NCBI GenBank assembly: GCA_013239625.1
Contig: MU054049.1
Span: forward strand, 631,015-693,014
Origin: Lama guanicoe
Taxonomy: Eukaryota
Direction: 5' to 3'
Length of the DNA stretch: 62,000 bases
This document shows, in pieces, positions 1 to 14,500 of this stretch. The notes beneath the pieces were generated by a model that worked only from the letters and a program-made list of their open reading frames with translations, made no database searches and was not told where the DNA came from. Position 1 is the stretch's first letter; each line of letters opens with the position of its first letter. The translations under genes were made by a program, and so were the position numbers.

Positions 1-29
1 ACCACAGGATACATGTATAGCATATAAGC

Positions 30-690
30 CTAGGAAAAGATGCTCAGCATCATTAGTTATTAGGAAATACAAATGGAAACCACAATGAAATACTATTTTA
101 TATATATATATATATATATGGAAAAATTAATGACAATCAAAAGATTGTGGGGCAAGTGGAACTCTTACGTATTGCTAATAGGAATGACAAATGGTATGGC
201 CACTTTGAAAAACAGTTTGGCGGTTTTTTATTAAGCATAGGATTCAGAAATCCCACTCCTAGGTATTAACTAAAGATGGATTTAAAAAAAATGTGTGATT
301 GCTTATACTATCATTATTTATAGCAACCCCCAAACTGGGAACAATCCAAGTGTCCAAATGGTGTAGTCACACAATGGAAAACCAGTCAGTAGTAAAAATG
401 ACTGCAGCACAGATAATCTTAAAAGCATTAGGGCAAGTGAAAGAAGCCAAACACAAAAATGACATGCTATGATTTCAATTATGTGAAGATCTAGAAAAGG
501 CACAACTAAGCAGTTCATTGGTTACCAGGGGTTGAGGGTAGGGGCAGGGATTGGCCATACACAGAACATTTTGTGGTGATGGAAATATTCTGTATCATGA
601 TTTTGGTTCTGGTTACAGGATTTGGTGGTGGTTACAGGGTTGTATATGTTTATAAAAAACTAATCAAATGGTACAGAGTTGGTGAATTTT
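30..690 (+). mobile_element. Old L1 (L1M-type) ORF2 end/3'UTR fragment with internal (TA)n at ~99-119
   Basis: aaaagatgctcagcatcattag...aaaccacaatga, tcccactcctaggtat, gtgaaagaagccaaacacaaaa. Confidence 0.75.
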
Positions 691-1050
691 TTAGGGCCTT
701 TGCATGCACTATTTCTTCTGCTAGAAAGCTCCCTTCTCTGCCTGCCTTGGTTAACACATATTCAATACTGAGATCTTGCTTGAACATTCCATATCAAGGG
801 AATCCTTTCCTGAGCCTGGACTAGCATAGCCTTGCTTCTGTAGCACCCTGCCCTTTTCCTTCCTTGTTCTGATCACAGCCTTAGTTACCATCAGATGGTG
901 TACTAAATAGCATAAGATTGCTTTTCTGTCTTAACTACAAGCTCTGTTAAGTGCCAAGCGCTAATTAATTACTATTGTGTTCATAGTACTGAACACAGAG
1001 TTTGACTCAGATACTCCAGTAAATACTGTACAACTGAGCATAAGTGAGTA
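690..1050 (+). mobile_element. L2 3' fragment
   Basis: gcctttgcatgcactatttcttctgc...; degenerate L2 tail. Confidence 0.5.
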
Positions 1051-3309
1051 GAGTTCTCTCTCCTGTTCATAGGAGTGGCTGTGGCCTCTGCAGAAGGTGC
1101 TGTTGGCTGAGGCTGCCAACTTAACTTTGGGCCCTCTGTCTCCTGCTCCTGCGCTGTTCCTGGGGAGTTGTGGTTGCTGTCATTGCTCAGCCACAGCTTT
1201 GTCCAGACTTCATGTGGGCACCGTGGACTCCAGGCCTGCTGCTGGGCTACGCTGAGAATAGAGAGAAGCCTTTCCTTGCTGTTAATTGTTTAGCAGAAAG
1301 AAAGTATATTCCTGGATCTACTCCGCTTTTTTCTTTGATTTTCAGCAAGTTAGGAAACCAAAACACAGTCTGTTTGTTACCTGCTTTGGTAACAGTAAGC
1401 AAACTCCTGTGAAACACTGCAGAGTACCCCCTTCTCTCTGAGAGGATCCTTCATCTTCCTAAGGAACGGAATGCCAGTCTTCCAAAAAGGCTTAGGACAT
1501 CTCATCTACAAACACAGTTTGACTACTTGAGGTACAAGCACCGTCAGCTCTGCACTCAGCCTCTAAGCCTTGTGCAGATTACAGGAGACCATCATTATTG
1601 TCTTCAAGCCCTGGGCTGACCCAGTTTCCAGGACAGATCTATAGACTATTTGATGAAGGGCCTGACACCCAACACTTCCTGTCTTCCTGACCCCACTTCT
1701 CTTCTTCCCTTTTTCCTACTCTGGTAGGCAAGAGGGAATCCAAGTTAAGGTGGGAAATTGGTCTGGTTGACCAGTACCTGTATTTGATCATCCTATGAGC
1801 ATAGCTGAATGTTTACATCATTACTACACTTTTTTTTTTAAAGCATACGGTCTGTCAACTTAGGCAGAGTTAATGAGACTTACGCAGTCCTCTCTGGAGT
1901 TAATTACATGACTAGTTTAGTTATTGATTTTGGAACTGTTTGTCTGGGTCTTTAATTTATCCAAATCTTTTCTCTACCTCTTCAGTTACTTCCAATTTAT
2001 TTATCTTCTCTTTTACATTGTTTGAACTTTTTGGTTTAGTTTTTGTTTACTTTTAACTTTACATACCTAGGACTTCTTACTAATTTTACTTTTATTTCTT
2101 TCATTTAGAAATGCAGTTCGATAGCTCACTCGTTTTCTTCTTCCAACTCTTGTTCCCCCTCCTCTTGCAGTATGCCCAGCTAGCAGCTAGGTATCTAGTC
2201 AGGGCACTCTCTTGTTCTGTACTTTCCAGTGACATCTATTCTAGCCTAAGAATTCCACTGTTAGAATCCAGTTTATGGGCCTCTACATAGTCTGGCCCCT
2301 GGGCATAGCACAGTGCCTGGCACATGGTAAGCACTTAATATTTGTTGGATTAAATCTCTGCATTGTAAGTCTTACCAGGATTTGGGTTTGTTGTTGTTGT
2401 TGTCAGCCTTGTCTTACAACCACACACACACAAAAGCAGTAGTTCTTTAGACCTAACTGGTTTCTCTGTTTATTGCAGGATGTGGAGAGTAGCCGGAGCT
2501 GTTTTGCATGCATTTTGGAATAGGCCACTTTTGCCTAGTAAGGATGGATAATAGATTTGTCACTAACCAATATTCAGATGGGTAGAAAAAGACTGCCTTG
2601 GCTTATAATCATACAAATGGTTAAAAAACAAAACAAAACAAAAAAAAAACTGGCCAGGACTTAGGTGATGGTTATGATGCCCCCAAACAGTTCAGAACAG
2701 TATTGTTTTGATATCCTAATATACTAAATGCTTCTCTCATTCTTACATTTTGTTTTTTAAATAACCTTATCTTATATCTTTATACCTTTTGTTTGCTACC
2801 CTGATTCTCATATCTTTCAGCATATGCATTGCACCCAGAAGTTGCTGTTGTGGGTCAGGGGCTATGTTATAATGACAGACTGTGCGGCTCTGTGTTTGTT
2901 AGTTTGTTAGGTAGGGGTGATACGTGATAACCAGCTCACTAGCCTATCAGTTACAAAAATTAAGATTTCAGTACTCTATAATAAACATATGAAAAGGACT
3001 GGTTTAAAGTTTTAAACTGTGGAAGTAACCTTAAAAACAAGTTTAGTTATAATTATTTGCTTTTTTCTTTTCTTTTTTAAACCATCAGTTGTTTCCTTAA
3101 GTATAACAGGTGCGCTAACCAGGCTCTGTGGTTTTTTTTCTTTCTAATTGTGTTTTCTAATGAAGCAGCTTTTTTTAAACATGATCTAGCAATCTGTGAA
3201 CAGAGTGGTGACTTGAATGTTAAGATTAAACAAATTCATTTTGTTAATGTCACATTTTGTTCTATTTTGCAGCTTCTCAGTGAATTTTTGGATGAAGCCA
3301 TTAAATTAA

Positions 3310-3444
<135 letters not shown>

Positions 3445-4779
3445 TAAGTTTTTGTTTCTAAAAATAGGCAAAGAATCATTAACTGCTCTGTTTTCTACTC
3501 TCACAGTGTAAATTCCTTGGTAAATATTTAACTTGCTTCAAAAAATTTAATCAAACCTAGAAAATTTAAATTAAAACCATAGCCTGGTAAGTTGTTTTGT
3601 TCTAAGATTGATGACCTTTTCATTATTCATAAAACATAACTTTTAAAATCAGCACTGTCATCGATAAGTATAAATTATGATTAAATACTTGATCATAAGC
3701 ATGTAAAGACAAATACCTATCAGAAAAGAGTAAGTGGCATGCTTGGTAATTCCATGTCTACATCTCTTCCCATAGCTAATTGTTTAATAAGAAGCTTCAC
3801 TTAATCATCACTTTTACACTGTAACAAAATTCTGGAATTTCATAAATCTTACTTTACACTGGGGAATGAAGTCAGCTAGTATCTCTGTATTTGTTTCAAA
3901 ACTCCTATGTATCTTTAAAATTGATTTACAAGCTAGTTTCTGCAAAAGGCCTAGGCTTTATGGATCAGCATAATTCCTTATAAACTGAAAATCAAAATGC
4001 TCTTTGGGACAGTTCTGTTAATGATTTTAGATCACTAAGTTAGCATAATAAGCTAGTGTTTTAGGGAATTCTAAGCCTCACTCAAGCATAATTATATTTT
4101 TATTACCTCTTTTTGAACCAGATTTGTTTTGGGATCTATTAAAAAATCATAAATGTTTATAACCCTGCAGTTCTCCCAGGTTCTAGAAAAACTCTTGCAT
4201 ACAACTTTTGCACATATGTAGAAAGAGACCTGCAAAGGGCTGTTTTTTGCTATACAATTTATAATAGCAAAAAATTGGTAACAGCATCAAATCCATTAGT
4301 AAGAGAGTAAAAAATAGTCATACAGCAAAATACTATACAATATTTAAAATTAACTAGAGTTATATATATCAACAAGGATAATCAGAAGTGTAATTCTGAG
4401 TGTAAAAGCAAGATGTGTAATATACACACATGATTATACCATGTATATTGTTTAGAATATGGAAAACAATGCCATGTATTTATGTATGCATATACATGTA
4501 GAAAAGTGTAAAAACATTCATAAACATCAAACTCAAGATAGTACTTACTTCTGAGAATAAAGAGAAAGAAGGGGACTTTAAAACCTAAAATAATATATTT
4601 ATTTTTTTAAAAATTCAGAGCAATTATGATAAAATATTAGAATCAAGCAAATTTGTGTAATGGGAACTTTTTTTCCTTTATGTATTCTATTTTTATTCTT
4701 TTATGTATTCTTAAAATAATTTATACTATAACAAATTACAGAAGCTGGGTTATTTTATTAAAGTATTATTGGCTGACTG

Positions 4780-5247
4780 ATAAAAAAGAATAAAATAATG
4801 CCATTTGCAGCAACATGTATGGATCTAGAGATCATCATTCTAAGTGAAGTAAGCCAGAACAAGAAAGAAAAATACCATATGATATTTCTTGTATGTGAAA
4901 TCGTAAAAAAAAAAAAAGATAAATGAACTTATTTACAAAACAGAAACAGACTCATAGACAATAGAGAACAAAATTATGGTTACCTGGGGGTAAAGGGGAT
5001 AGGAAGGGGTAAACTGGGAGTTCAAGATTTGCAAATACTAACTACTATATATAAAATAGATAAACAGCAAGTTTATACTGTATAGCATGGGGAGTTATAT
5101 TCAATATCTTGTAGTAACCTAGAATGAAAAAGAATATGAAAATGAATATATGTATGATATATATAACTGAAACATGATGCTGTACACCAGAAATTGACAC
5201 AGTGTTGTAAACTGACTATACTTCAATAAAAAAGAATACCCAAAAAC
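4780..5247 (+). mobile_element. Relatively young 5'-truncated L1 3' end with TSD
   Basis: ataatgccatttgcagcaacatg...tgctgtacaccagaaattgac...AATAAA; TSD attattggctg(a/g)ctg at 4765-4779 and 5248-5262. Confidence 0.9.
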
Positions 5248-7093
5248 ATTATTGGCTGGCTGGTGGCCATTTTAACTGATCACATTTAACCAACCACAAA
5301 TTAAATTTAAAGAAAATAATGTAATGTCAATGTGGAAAGGCTTTTGATAGCTCACTCTTGGTTCATATTCTAGCTCTGTGATTAACTTTGTGACTCATGA
5401 CAAATTAGCTCTTCTAAAGCCTATTTTCCTATCTAATTTACAGCGTTGTTGTGAGGAATATATTTATAAAATATTTAATAGGATTTAAAAATCTATTAGG
5501 TTTCTATGCTTTCCCTTATCCTCAGGTAAGTGCTTTTTGAAATTTGTGTACCAGAATTTTTTTTTAATTGCTTTGGAAGGTAACCAGCCTCTGTCCTAAG
5601 GAATAAATGCCTTCAAATTTTTGCTTATTCCTTCATAAAACATTACTGTGAAATAGAGAAACATTAAAAAATATTTTAAACGTCACTGTTGGGTTACTAT
5701 CAGAATCAACTGAAGAACTTAAATTTTTTTAAAAAGTCATTATCTTGGCCCCAATTATAGATAGTAAGATTCATTGGGTCTGGATTGGGGCCTCTGAGTC
5801 CCCAGGTATTTCTAATTTGTGCACACTTAGGAATTAATAGTTAGAAATCTAACTTATCTTGGGTACAAAATAGTGCTTTTGAACTTTTAGATACTTTTGA
5901 ACTTTAGAACTTTTAGAGTTTGAAATATTACTTTGATTTAGCAGATAAAAAATTAATAGGAGTGAATTCAGTGGTTATAAAATAAAACATACTTTTTCTG
6001 AGTCAAAACTTCTAATTCTACATGACCCCTAATATTTATTTTTCATTTGGGAAGGACCTATCTATAAATAACAGCATTTTCTAAGTAAAGATTATAATAT
6101 TTATGTATGTTTTGGTATGTGTATGTATATATATATATATATATATGCAGATAGGCAATGGTTATTTATGCTGTATATAGAATATGTACATGTGTCCATT
6201 TATTCATTCAGCTTTGCTTTTGATTTTCTGGCTAACCTTGGGGAAATTACTTAACCTCTTTGGCCCTATGACAGGAAGTGATTAATCCAAATGATTTTTA
6301 GTCTCTTTCAATCATAATAGTCTGTAATTTTAAGACACTTTACCTTACTTGTGCTTTACTTTCTCTCACCTGTCATTTGCGAAATGTGCCGTTTAGTCAG
6401 TGTCATACAGTAAAGGAAGATGTGAAGGGTAATGAGTATAGTGTTATATTTCACAGAATTATAGGTGTTTCACAAATAGTTATGAAGCCACTTCTAATGT
6501 CCTGAAATCTAGCATTTATGTTTATAAATACCTTGATTTTTAATTTCTCCTCCAAAGCAAATTTTAAGTGTTTACTTTTTAAAAAAATAATATTTCATAT
6601 AGATGCCTCTATATGTGCCTTCCTCTTTCTCTATTCATTTTGTTGTGTCTAAAGAGAAGGTAAGGTACTTAATGTAGAGTTCTTCAGCAAGTATTTTGAG
6701 TAGAACTTATGACCACATGTATTCTTTATCCTGTCTTTCCTTGGTGTAGATTTTGGGAAAAGGATTCATTTAGACTTTAAGCTATCTGTTGTACCTGAAT
6801 ACTTATTAAACATTTGTGCATTGAGTGCCCATTGTATGCTAAGTGGTCTTGGACGACACCCAGTGAACAGTCTCTTTCTTCACGGTCATTTTTTACTTTT
6901 AATATTAAGAAACAGGTAACAATGCTGTCCTTTGCTGGAATATGCTGTAATAGGTCTAGGAAAAACATGTTGAGCATCAAAGTCTGGAAATTGATTCATT
7001 TGCATTTATCTTTGGAGAAAGTGAGGAATCTACATGAATGTTTCATAAATTCAGTTTTGCAGATTTTTATAAGTTTTTTGTTGTTGTTTTTGA

Positions 7094-7273
<180 letters not shown>

Positions 7274-7601
7274 TGAAATCAAGATTTGTTCATGAATACA
7301 TTAATATCAAAAAACTTTTAAAATAGGTACTTTAAATTGTTCCTTTCGATTGAAACATTGCTTAAAGGGATATCTACATTGTGAAATTTTCTCAACTTTA
7401 TTAAATTATGTCAGAAGAAAAATGGCTTCTGAAATTTAGATTATATAAATTTCTGACGTTTAATTTGCAAAAGGAGCTTTAAAGAGGGAGGTGTTTTAGA
7501 ACTTTTATTTAGGCTTGATCTCATCTTCTGCTTTTGGTTTTCTATTAAGCTGACATTTCCAAAAACTGAAGCCTTAGCACAGAGATGAAATTGTTCCCAT
7601 T

Positions 7602-7756
7602 CTTTTTTTTTTTTAACTTCTATTTTATTTTATTTTTTTAGCGGGGAGGCAATTAGGTTTATCTGTTTATTTTTAGAGGAGGTACTGGGGATTGACCCAT
7701 GATCTCGTGCATGCTAAGCACGTGCTCTAGTGCTTGAGCTAAACCCTCCCTCCCCC
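7602..7756 (-). mobile_element. tRNA-derived SINE, Vic-1-like (camelid)
   Basis: Minus strand gggagggtTTAGCTCAAG...gcttagcatgcacgag...GGGTCAATCCccagtacctcc, then A-rich tail; TSD ttcccatt at 7594-7601 and 7757-7764. Confidence 0.85.
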
Positions 7757-9859
7757 TTCCCATTATTCTTTGACATTGGAACTTTATTTAATACTATTGG
7801 ATAAAGCAGTTTAGCAGAAACTTTAAAAAAATGTTTAAGTGAAATTAGTAAAACATTCCTAATACTATTTTCTAATGATTATAAAGACTTCAACATATGA
7901 CTTTCATCCCATTTACACTTTTTTAAACTTACATTAAGCATACTGATACTTTTATGATTATTTTAATGGATGATTTTTCCAAGTCAAGAGGAAACAAACT
8001 AGGAGTGAATTCTGAAAGGGACAGTTTTATGAAGTACTAAACCAAAAGCATCTGATTGGAGACGTTTTGTGGTGTTTGTCCAAGGGAGTTTATAAGATTT
8101 GAAGAGCTCAGTACTCTCTGATTGCATATAACACAATTTACCACATTTTGAGAGCTAGTTATGTGCAAGCCTCCATGTATTGCAGTTGTTAGGTTAGCCC
8201 CTAAGGGGAAGCATTCATGGAAGTTAAGGATTAGACTACTCATTTGGGGAGATTACAGTATTATTTTGAAGACAGAATAAATACGGAAAGAGTTAAACAT
8301 CAAATGTAATAAAGCAGTAAAAGTAATTGTCAAATTATGGCAAATGGAAAAAAGTGCTGAGATTTAAGGAGAGAGAAGATTGCTCAATCAGTGATGGGAA
8401 AGAAGGTGTGTCAGCCATTCTACATGGGAACCAGGCATGTTGCTTGTCAGGGTTTTACTGGTGGCTCCTGCTCTGGAATAGAAGTGCTTGTGCCTTGTTT
8501 TGTGGCGATAATGGTGGCATTCCCTTGGTTTTATACTAGGGTGATGGCCAGTGACACCCTCCTCCTGAGCTTGGGCGAGTGACTTCAAAGAAAGATGATT
8601 CTATCACCTAAATAGAGGCCTTGGAAAGCTTGTTTCACATGATTAACCCTCTAGTGTGGGTGTCGCAAATTTATCTAGGCAATACCCTTGGCACCTAGAA
8701 GAGTGCTGGCACAGAATAGGTGCTCAGAACATACTTATTCAGTGAATTGTTCAGTGAATGAATGTGAAGCTAGAGATAGGGAAAAGAAGAATGGTAATGG
8801 GATTTTTCCCCCATTCCCTGATGGATGGATGTTTCTGTAATGTCTTGGCTGTTCAACAATTTCATGTTTTGCTCAAATCATCTCTTCGTTGGTCTAAACA
8901 TCTCTGGTTTTTCCCATTCTCTCTTTTTTTAAAAATTCTGGTAAAATACACATAAGATAAAACTTACTGTCTACCATTTTTAAGTGTACAGTTCAGGGGT
9001 ACTAAGTACATTCATATTGTACATTTTCCACTCTTTTCATAGATGGTTTTGAATTTCCTTTTCAACTTGGTCACTTATTTCTGAATGCACTTGGCTCTGT
9101 CACCTAGTACACAGTACTGCATGTCTGATTGAATCCTCTGAGAGGGACTGAGGCATATCATCTCTTCTTAAGTGTGGACATTGTAATCCTGTTTGGAAAT
9201 CAGGTCATCATTTGACTCACATTATCTCAGCAAGTTATTCTTTGTCACAGACCTACTAACAGGTCTTTCCCATTCATTTTGTTTGTTTTGTTTTAGATAA
9301 TAAGTATTAGTACTTTCTATATCTTCCTATTCAGTTTCACATGTGAATTGTGGCTCCTCTTACTGGGTGGACTGTTGGGGATCGCTTTCTTCTTCTTTGT
9401 TCTGATTTTTCACTTGTTCGCTTCACTTACCAGTTTTGCTCAGGATGCCTGCATAATAGTTGGATTAATTCATTAGCAACTTTTGGGTATACCGCAAAAA
9501 AGTACATGTCTAACTATAACAATTACCCAGATCTCCCCAATTCCTCAACCTGTTCACAAGGATATTGTTACTAGTGACATTTTCAAAAATGCCTTTTTGA
9601 AATCTTTGTTGTATCTGGTTGCATTTCCCTGATCTACTGCTGCTATTCTTTGTTGTTATTGTTTTGTTGTTATTTTTATTCACAGAAGTAATAAACAAAT
9701 AAAATTTTACATGTTTCTAGTAATTTTTACTTCTTTCAAAGTAGTCATATACCACCCACTTAATCAGTCCTTGACTTTTGTTGATGTAAGTCTATGATTG
9801 ATGTAATTTTCTTGATTACATAATTAATGTAATTGCTGAAGCTGTCCATTTTAATCTTT

Positions 9860-10090
9860 TTTAATAACAGCTTTATTGAGATACAATTCACATACCATAC
9901 AACTAACCTGTTTAATGTGTAGAGTTCAGTGGTTTTTAGTATATTCACTGATATGTGTGACTGTTGCCACAGTCAGTTCTAGAACATTTTCATCACCTCA
10001 AAGGAAGCCCCATTCCTTTAGCTCTCATTCCCCCATCTCCCATCCCCCTCAGCTCTAAGCAACCACTCATCTCCTTTCTGTGTCTAAATG
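9860..10090 (-). mobile_element. L1M 3' end fragment
   Basis: acagctttattgagatacaattcacataccatac...ttctagaacattttcatcacc. Confidence 0.8.
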
Positions 10091-10289
10091 GCTTTCATCT
10101 TTAACACCTCTCTTCTACTCTGGGATTTCCCAGATGTTAATGAGAACGGTTTTAGTATTTCTCCAAGTGTCAAGGTATATGTATCCAGTTCATCTTGTTA
10201 GAAGAGAGGAATTCATTTCAAGCAACTAAATACTTACTATCACTTCCTCTGTCTTAAACAAATTTGTTTAAAACCTCTCTGATCTGAAA

Positions 10290-11560
10290 TTTTTTTCCAA
10301 TTTATTCACTGAACAAATACTTGAATGCCTCTAAAGCAAAGCTTTATGCTTAAATCAGTAACCTAGATTCTGCCCACATGAAGTGTATACCTAGAAAAGC
10401 ATTCCCATTCCTAAGTATAATTGTCAACAGACATTTCAGAAATGTGTGTCAGATATTTTCCTATATGCTGGAATTGTAAAGGGGAATAAGACACAATTCT
10501 TTCTGACAAGGGTTTTGGTGTGGTTGGGATGAGGCTGTTGTGAAAGTGAAACTATGCTATAGTGTGTTAAATGCCATAATAACATACAAGATATTGTGGG
10601 GACAAAGTAGAATATTCAGCTCTGTCGAGGACTAGTGGGTTGTCAGACTCTCCAAAGAGGCCTATCTTGAAGGTTTAGTAGTTAGAGTTTAGTAGGTAAA
10701 TAACAAACATAGGGAATAGTATGTTTAAAGGCCTTTGTGGTTTTTTTTTTTAAACAGTATTCTTTAAACTGATTTAGTATGGATAAAGTATCAAGTTTAG
10801 TAGAGGGCTCAGCAGGAGATGAAGTGGGTTGCTGTCCTGTCGTGGAGGGCTTTGAATGTACTGCAAGAGGGGGTTGTAATTTTTGTTGTTATTAGCATCA
10901 AGTTTTTGAGAAGGTGAGTAATACTATCAGGTCTTTTCATTACCGTATATTATAGGCAGTAAAATGGTAGCTGGATTTGTAGAAAATCGTTGTTAGGGAA
11001 CTAAGTGTTAGAAGTTATTATAGCATGAACAGCCTAGATGAAATGTTAGAATCCTCAACATGTGTAGTTAGCACAGGGAGTGAAAAGAAGAGGCTGAAGT
11101 TCAAACTGCCAGTAAAGTGGGCAACATCCTTTTAAATATTTATTATGGTGCAAATATTGAAAAAATGTCAAAAAAAGACTTTGAACCTTCTATTGTAAAA
11201 GAAAAGGCACTCTGGAAAAGTAAGGGATTTGGGTAGGAATGATAATGAGTTCAATTTTATATTATTTTGTGAGACATCACGTGAAGTATCAAGGAAAATC
11301 TAAGACTCATAAGCTAAAAAAGGACTTTTACTGCCTACTTACAAGTTATCCACATAGAGATGTTTGGAGAAAAAAACATACATAGTATCACCCAGGAACA
11401 GGATACAGATAGAGAAAGGAGGAGGATTAAGACAGAATAGTAGGAAAGATGAACTAGTGGAATAGACTGGAAATGAGGAAAACTGGGGAAGTGCAGTATT
11501 AATGAAAAACCAGCAGGCAAAAGGGCTGAGATTATTTAGAAATACTGAGTTGGATAAGAG
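10290..11560 (-). mobile_element. Degenerate L2 fragments
   Basis: ttcactgaacaaatacttgaatgcct tail plus purine-rich L2-like body. Confidence 0.5.
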
Positions 11561-11709
11561 CTGGCAGAAGGTATTTCAGATTTGCTTACAAATTATAGAG
11601 GATTATATAATGTAGGTCCTTGATAATTGAGTGTTCATAAATGGAATAGATTTTGTGAGGCTCTTCTGTTGATATAGTTTGTGTGTGTGTGTGTCTGTGT
11701 GTGTTTTAA

Positions 11710-12040
11710 GACTATTTTTTAAAAAGCAGTTTTAGGTTCACAGCAGAACCGAGAGGATATCCCGTGTACCCTCTGCCCCCATACATGTATAGCTTCTTCA
11801 TTACTGACATCCCCAACAGAGTGGTACATTTGTTATAGTCAGTGAACCTACATTAACACATCCATGTCACCAGAATCCATAATTTACGTTAGGATTCACT
11901 CTTGAGGTTTTACATTCTTGGGTTAGGCAAATGTATAGTGACATATTTCTACCATTATAGTATCATTCAGAGTACTTTCACTGCCCTAAAGATCCTCTGT
12001 GCTCTGCTTCCCTCCCTGCCCCCAACTCCTGGCCATAAAG
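11710..12040 (-). mobile_element. L1M 3'UTR fragment, preceded by (GT)n at ~11680-11703
   Basis: agcagttttaggttcacagcagaa...gtgaacctacattaacac. Confidence 0.75.
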
Positions 12041-12202
12041 TTGTAATATATAAAATAAAAAAGATTGCTTGAGCTTAGAACCTAAGACTAGAAAATTTTT
12101 ACACTGAGGGCAGCTTTTTTTTCTTAATCTATGTATTTGCAGTTCCTCTAAAAAAATTATTAAGCAATTTCTGATTTTTTTATTTCTCTGCTTTTACCAC
12201 AG

Positions 12203-12261
12203 ATAATTGGCCTGTTGAATGTTTTTACACCACAGAAGTCCCTAGAAGAATTTCAAGATGT
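12203..12261 (+). CDS. MAPK8: MAPK8 coding exon 3: IIGLLNVFTPQKSLEEFQDV
   Basis: ccacag| ... |gtaagt; 59 nt; followed by an 85-nt intron. Confidence 0.97.
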
Positions 12262-12344
12262 GTAAGTGTGACAGTTAAAATTTTGTTAGTATATTACTCT
12301 CTGATTGTTACTGTGTACTTTAGCTGTCGTCTTTTTTCCCATGA

Positions 12345-12539
<195 letters not shown>

Positions 12540-14096
12540 TAAACGTAAAATTATTCATCTTAAAGTGTTCAATTCAGTGATATTTAGTATATTCACAACA
12601 TTGTGCAACCACCACTAATAGCAAATTTCAAAGTGTATTTATTGCCCCAGAAGAAAACCTCCTACCCATCGAGCAGTCACTCCTCGTGTCCCTCTCACCC
12701 CAACCCCTGGCATCATGCCAGTCTGCTTTCTGTGTCCATGGAGTTGCCTCTCCTGGATATTTCACAGAAGTGGAATCATATAATATATGACCTTTTCTGT
12801 CTGATTTCTTTAAGAGCATAGTGTTTTCAAGTTCATCCATGCTGAAGCATGTATTAATAGTTCATTGCTTTTTATGACTGATTAATACTCTTTTGTATGT
12901 ATTTGTCACATTTTCTTTATCCATTCATCCATTTATGGACATTTGGGTTATTTCCACCTTTTAGCTTTTGTGGATAGTGCTCTTTTGAGTATCTACCTAG
13001 GGATGGAATTGATGGCTCATATTTAACTTTCTGAGGAACCACCAAATTGTCTTCTACAATGTCTACACCATTTTACATTCCTAGCAACAATGCACAAAAA
13101 GTTCCAATTTCCTCAAATCTTTGCTAATACTTACTGTCTTTTTTCCTTCTAGCCATCCTAGTTGAGTATGAAGTAGTATCTTGTGGTTTTTTGACTTGCG
13201 TTTCTCTAATGACATTAAATATCTTTTCATGTTTGTTGGCCATTTATGTATCTTCTTGGGACAATGTGTGTTCAAGCCCTTGACCTCATTTTTTAATTTG
13301 TTGTTTGTCTTTTTGTTGTTGAGTTCTTTGTATATTCTGGTTACTAGATCTTAATCAGATATGTAATTTGTAAATGTTTTCTCCTATTTTATATGTTGTT
13401 TTTTCAGTTTCTTGATCTCTTTTGATGCAATAATGCTTTTAATTTTTATGAAAATCAGTTTATTTTTTCATTGCATGTGCCTTTAATGTCATATGTAAGA
13501 ATCCATTGTCAAATCCGAGGTCATTAAGATTTATCCTTAATTTTTCTTCTAAGAAGTTTATAGTTTTATCTCTTAAGTGTAGGTCTTTGACCCATTTTGA
13601 ATTAATTTTTGTGTATGGTGTGAGATAAGGTGCCAACTTCATTCTTTTGTTTATAGAAATCCAGTTGTCCCAGCACCATTTATTAAAGAGACAGTTGTTT
13701 TCTAATTGAATGCTCTTGGCACCCCTCTTGAAATTCAATTGGCCATAGACATGTGGTTTTACCTCTAGACTCTTAGTTCCCTATTCCATTGGCCTTTGTG
13801 TCCATGCTTATATCAGTACCACATTATTTTGATTATTATAGCTTTGTAGTAAATTTTGAAATGGGGAAATGTGAGCCCACCACTTTAGTCTTTCTCAATA
13901 TCATTTTGACTACTCAGAGCCCTTTGTGATTCCATATGAGTTTGAGTGATTAGCTTTTCCATTTCTGAAGAAAAGGCCACTGGAATTTTTAATAAGAATT
14001 TCATTGACTCTGTAAATTGCTTGGGTAGTTTTGCCATGTTAACTATATTTAGTATCCCAACTAATGAACACAGGATGTCTTTCCATTTACATAGGT

Positions 14097-14500
14097 TGTG
14101 TGAGTCTGTTTGGGGTGTCATAACAGAATACCACAGACTGGGTGTCTTAAACAACATAAATTTATTTTCTCACAGTTTTGGAGGTTAGAGGTCCAGGATC
14201 AAGGTGCCTGTAAATTCATTTTCTGCTGAGAAGACCTCTCTTCCTGGCTTGGAGATAGCTGCCTTCTTGCTGTGTCCTCACATGCCCTTTCCTCTGTGCA
14301 TGCAGGGAGAGAGTGAGTTCTGGTGTCTCTCTTTTTGTAAGGGCACCAGTTCTTTTGTATTGGAGCCCCACCCTTATGATCTCATTTAACCTTAATTATC
14401 TCCGTAAGGACCCTGTTTCCAAATACAGTCACATTAGGGGTTAGGGCTTCAACATTTGCTCTGGGGTGTGGGGTGGGGGTATGCAATGCAGTCTACAACA
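14097..14500 (-). mobile_element. MaLR LTR (MLT1-like) inserted in L1
   Basis: ataacagaataccacagactgggtgtcttaaacaac...ccaaatacagtcacattagggg; TG..CA ends. Confidence 0.85.

Noticed and set aside
7680..7756. tRNA gene
   Set aside because: Degenerate A/B boxes, SINE tail and TSD indicate a SINE head.
13081..14157. Minus-strand ORFs resembling a reverse-transcriptase protein C-terminus
   Set aside because: Fragmented L1 ORF2 fossil, interrupted by an LTR; not a gene.
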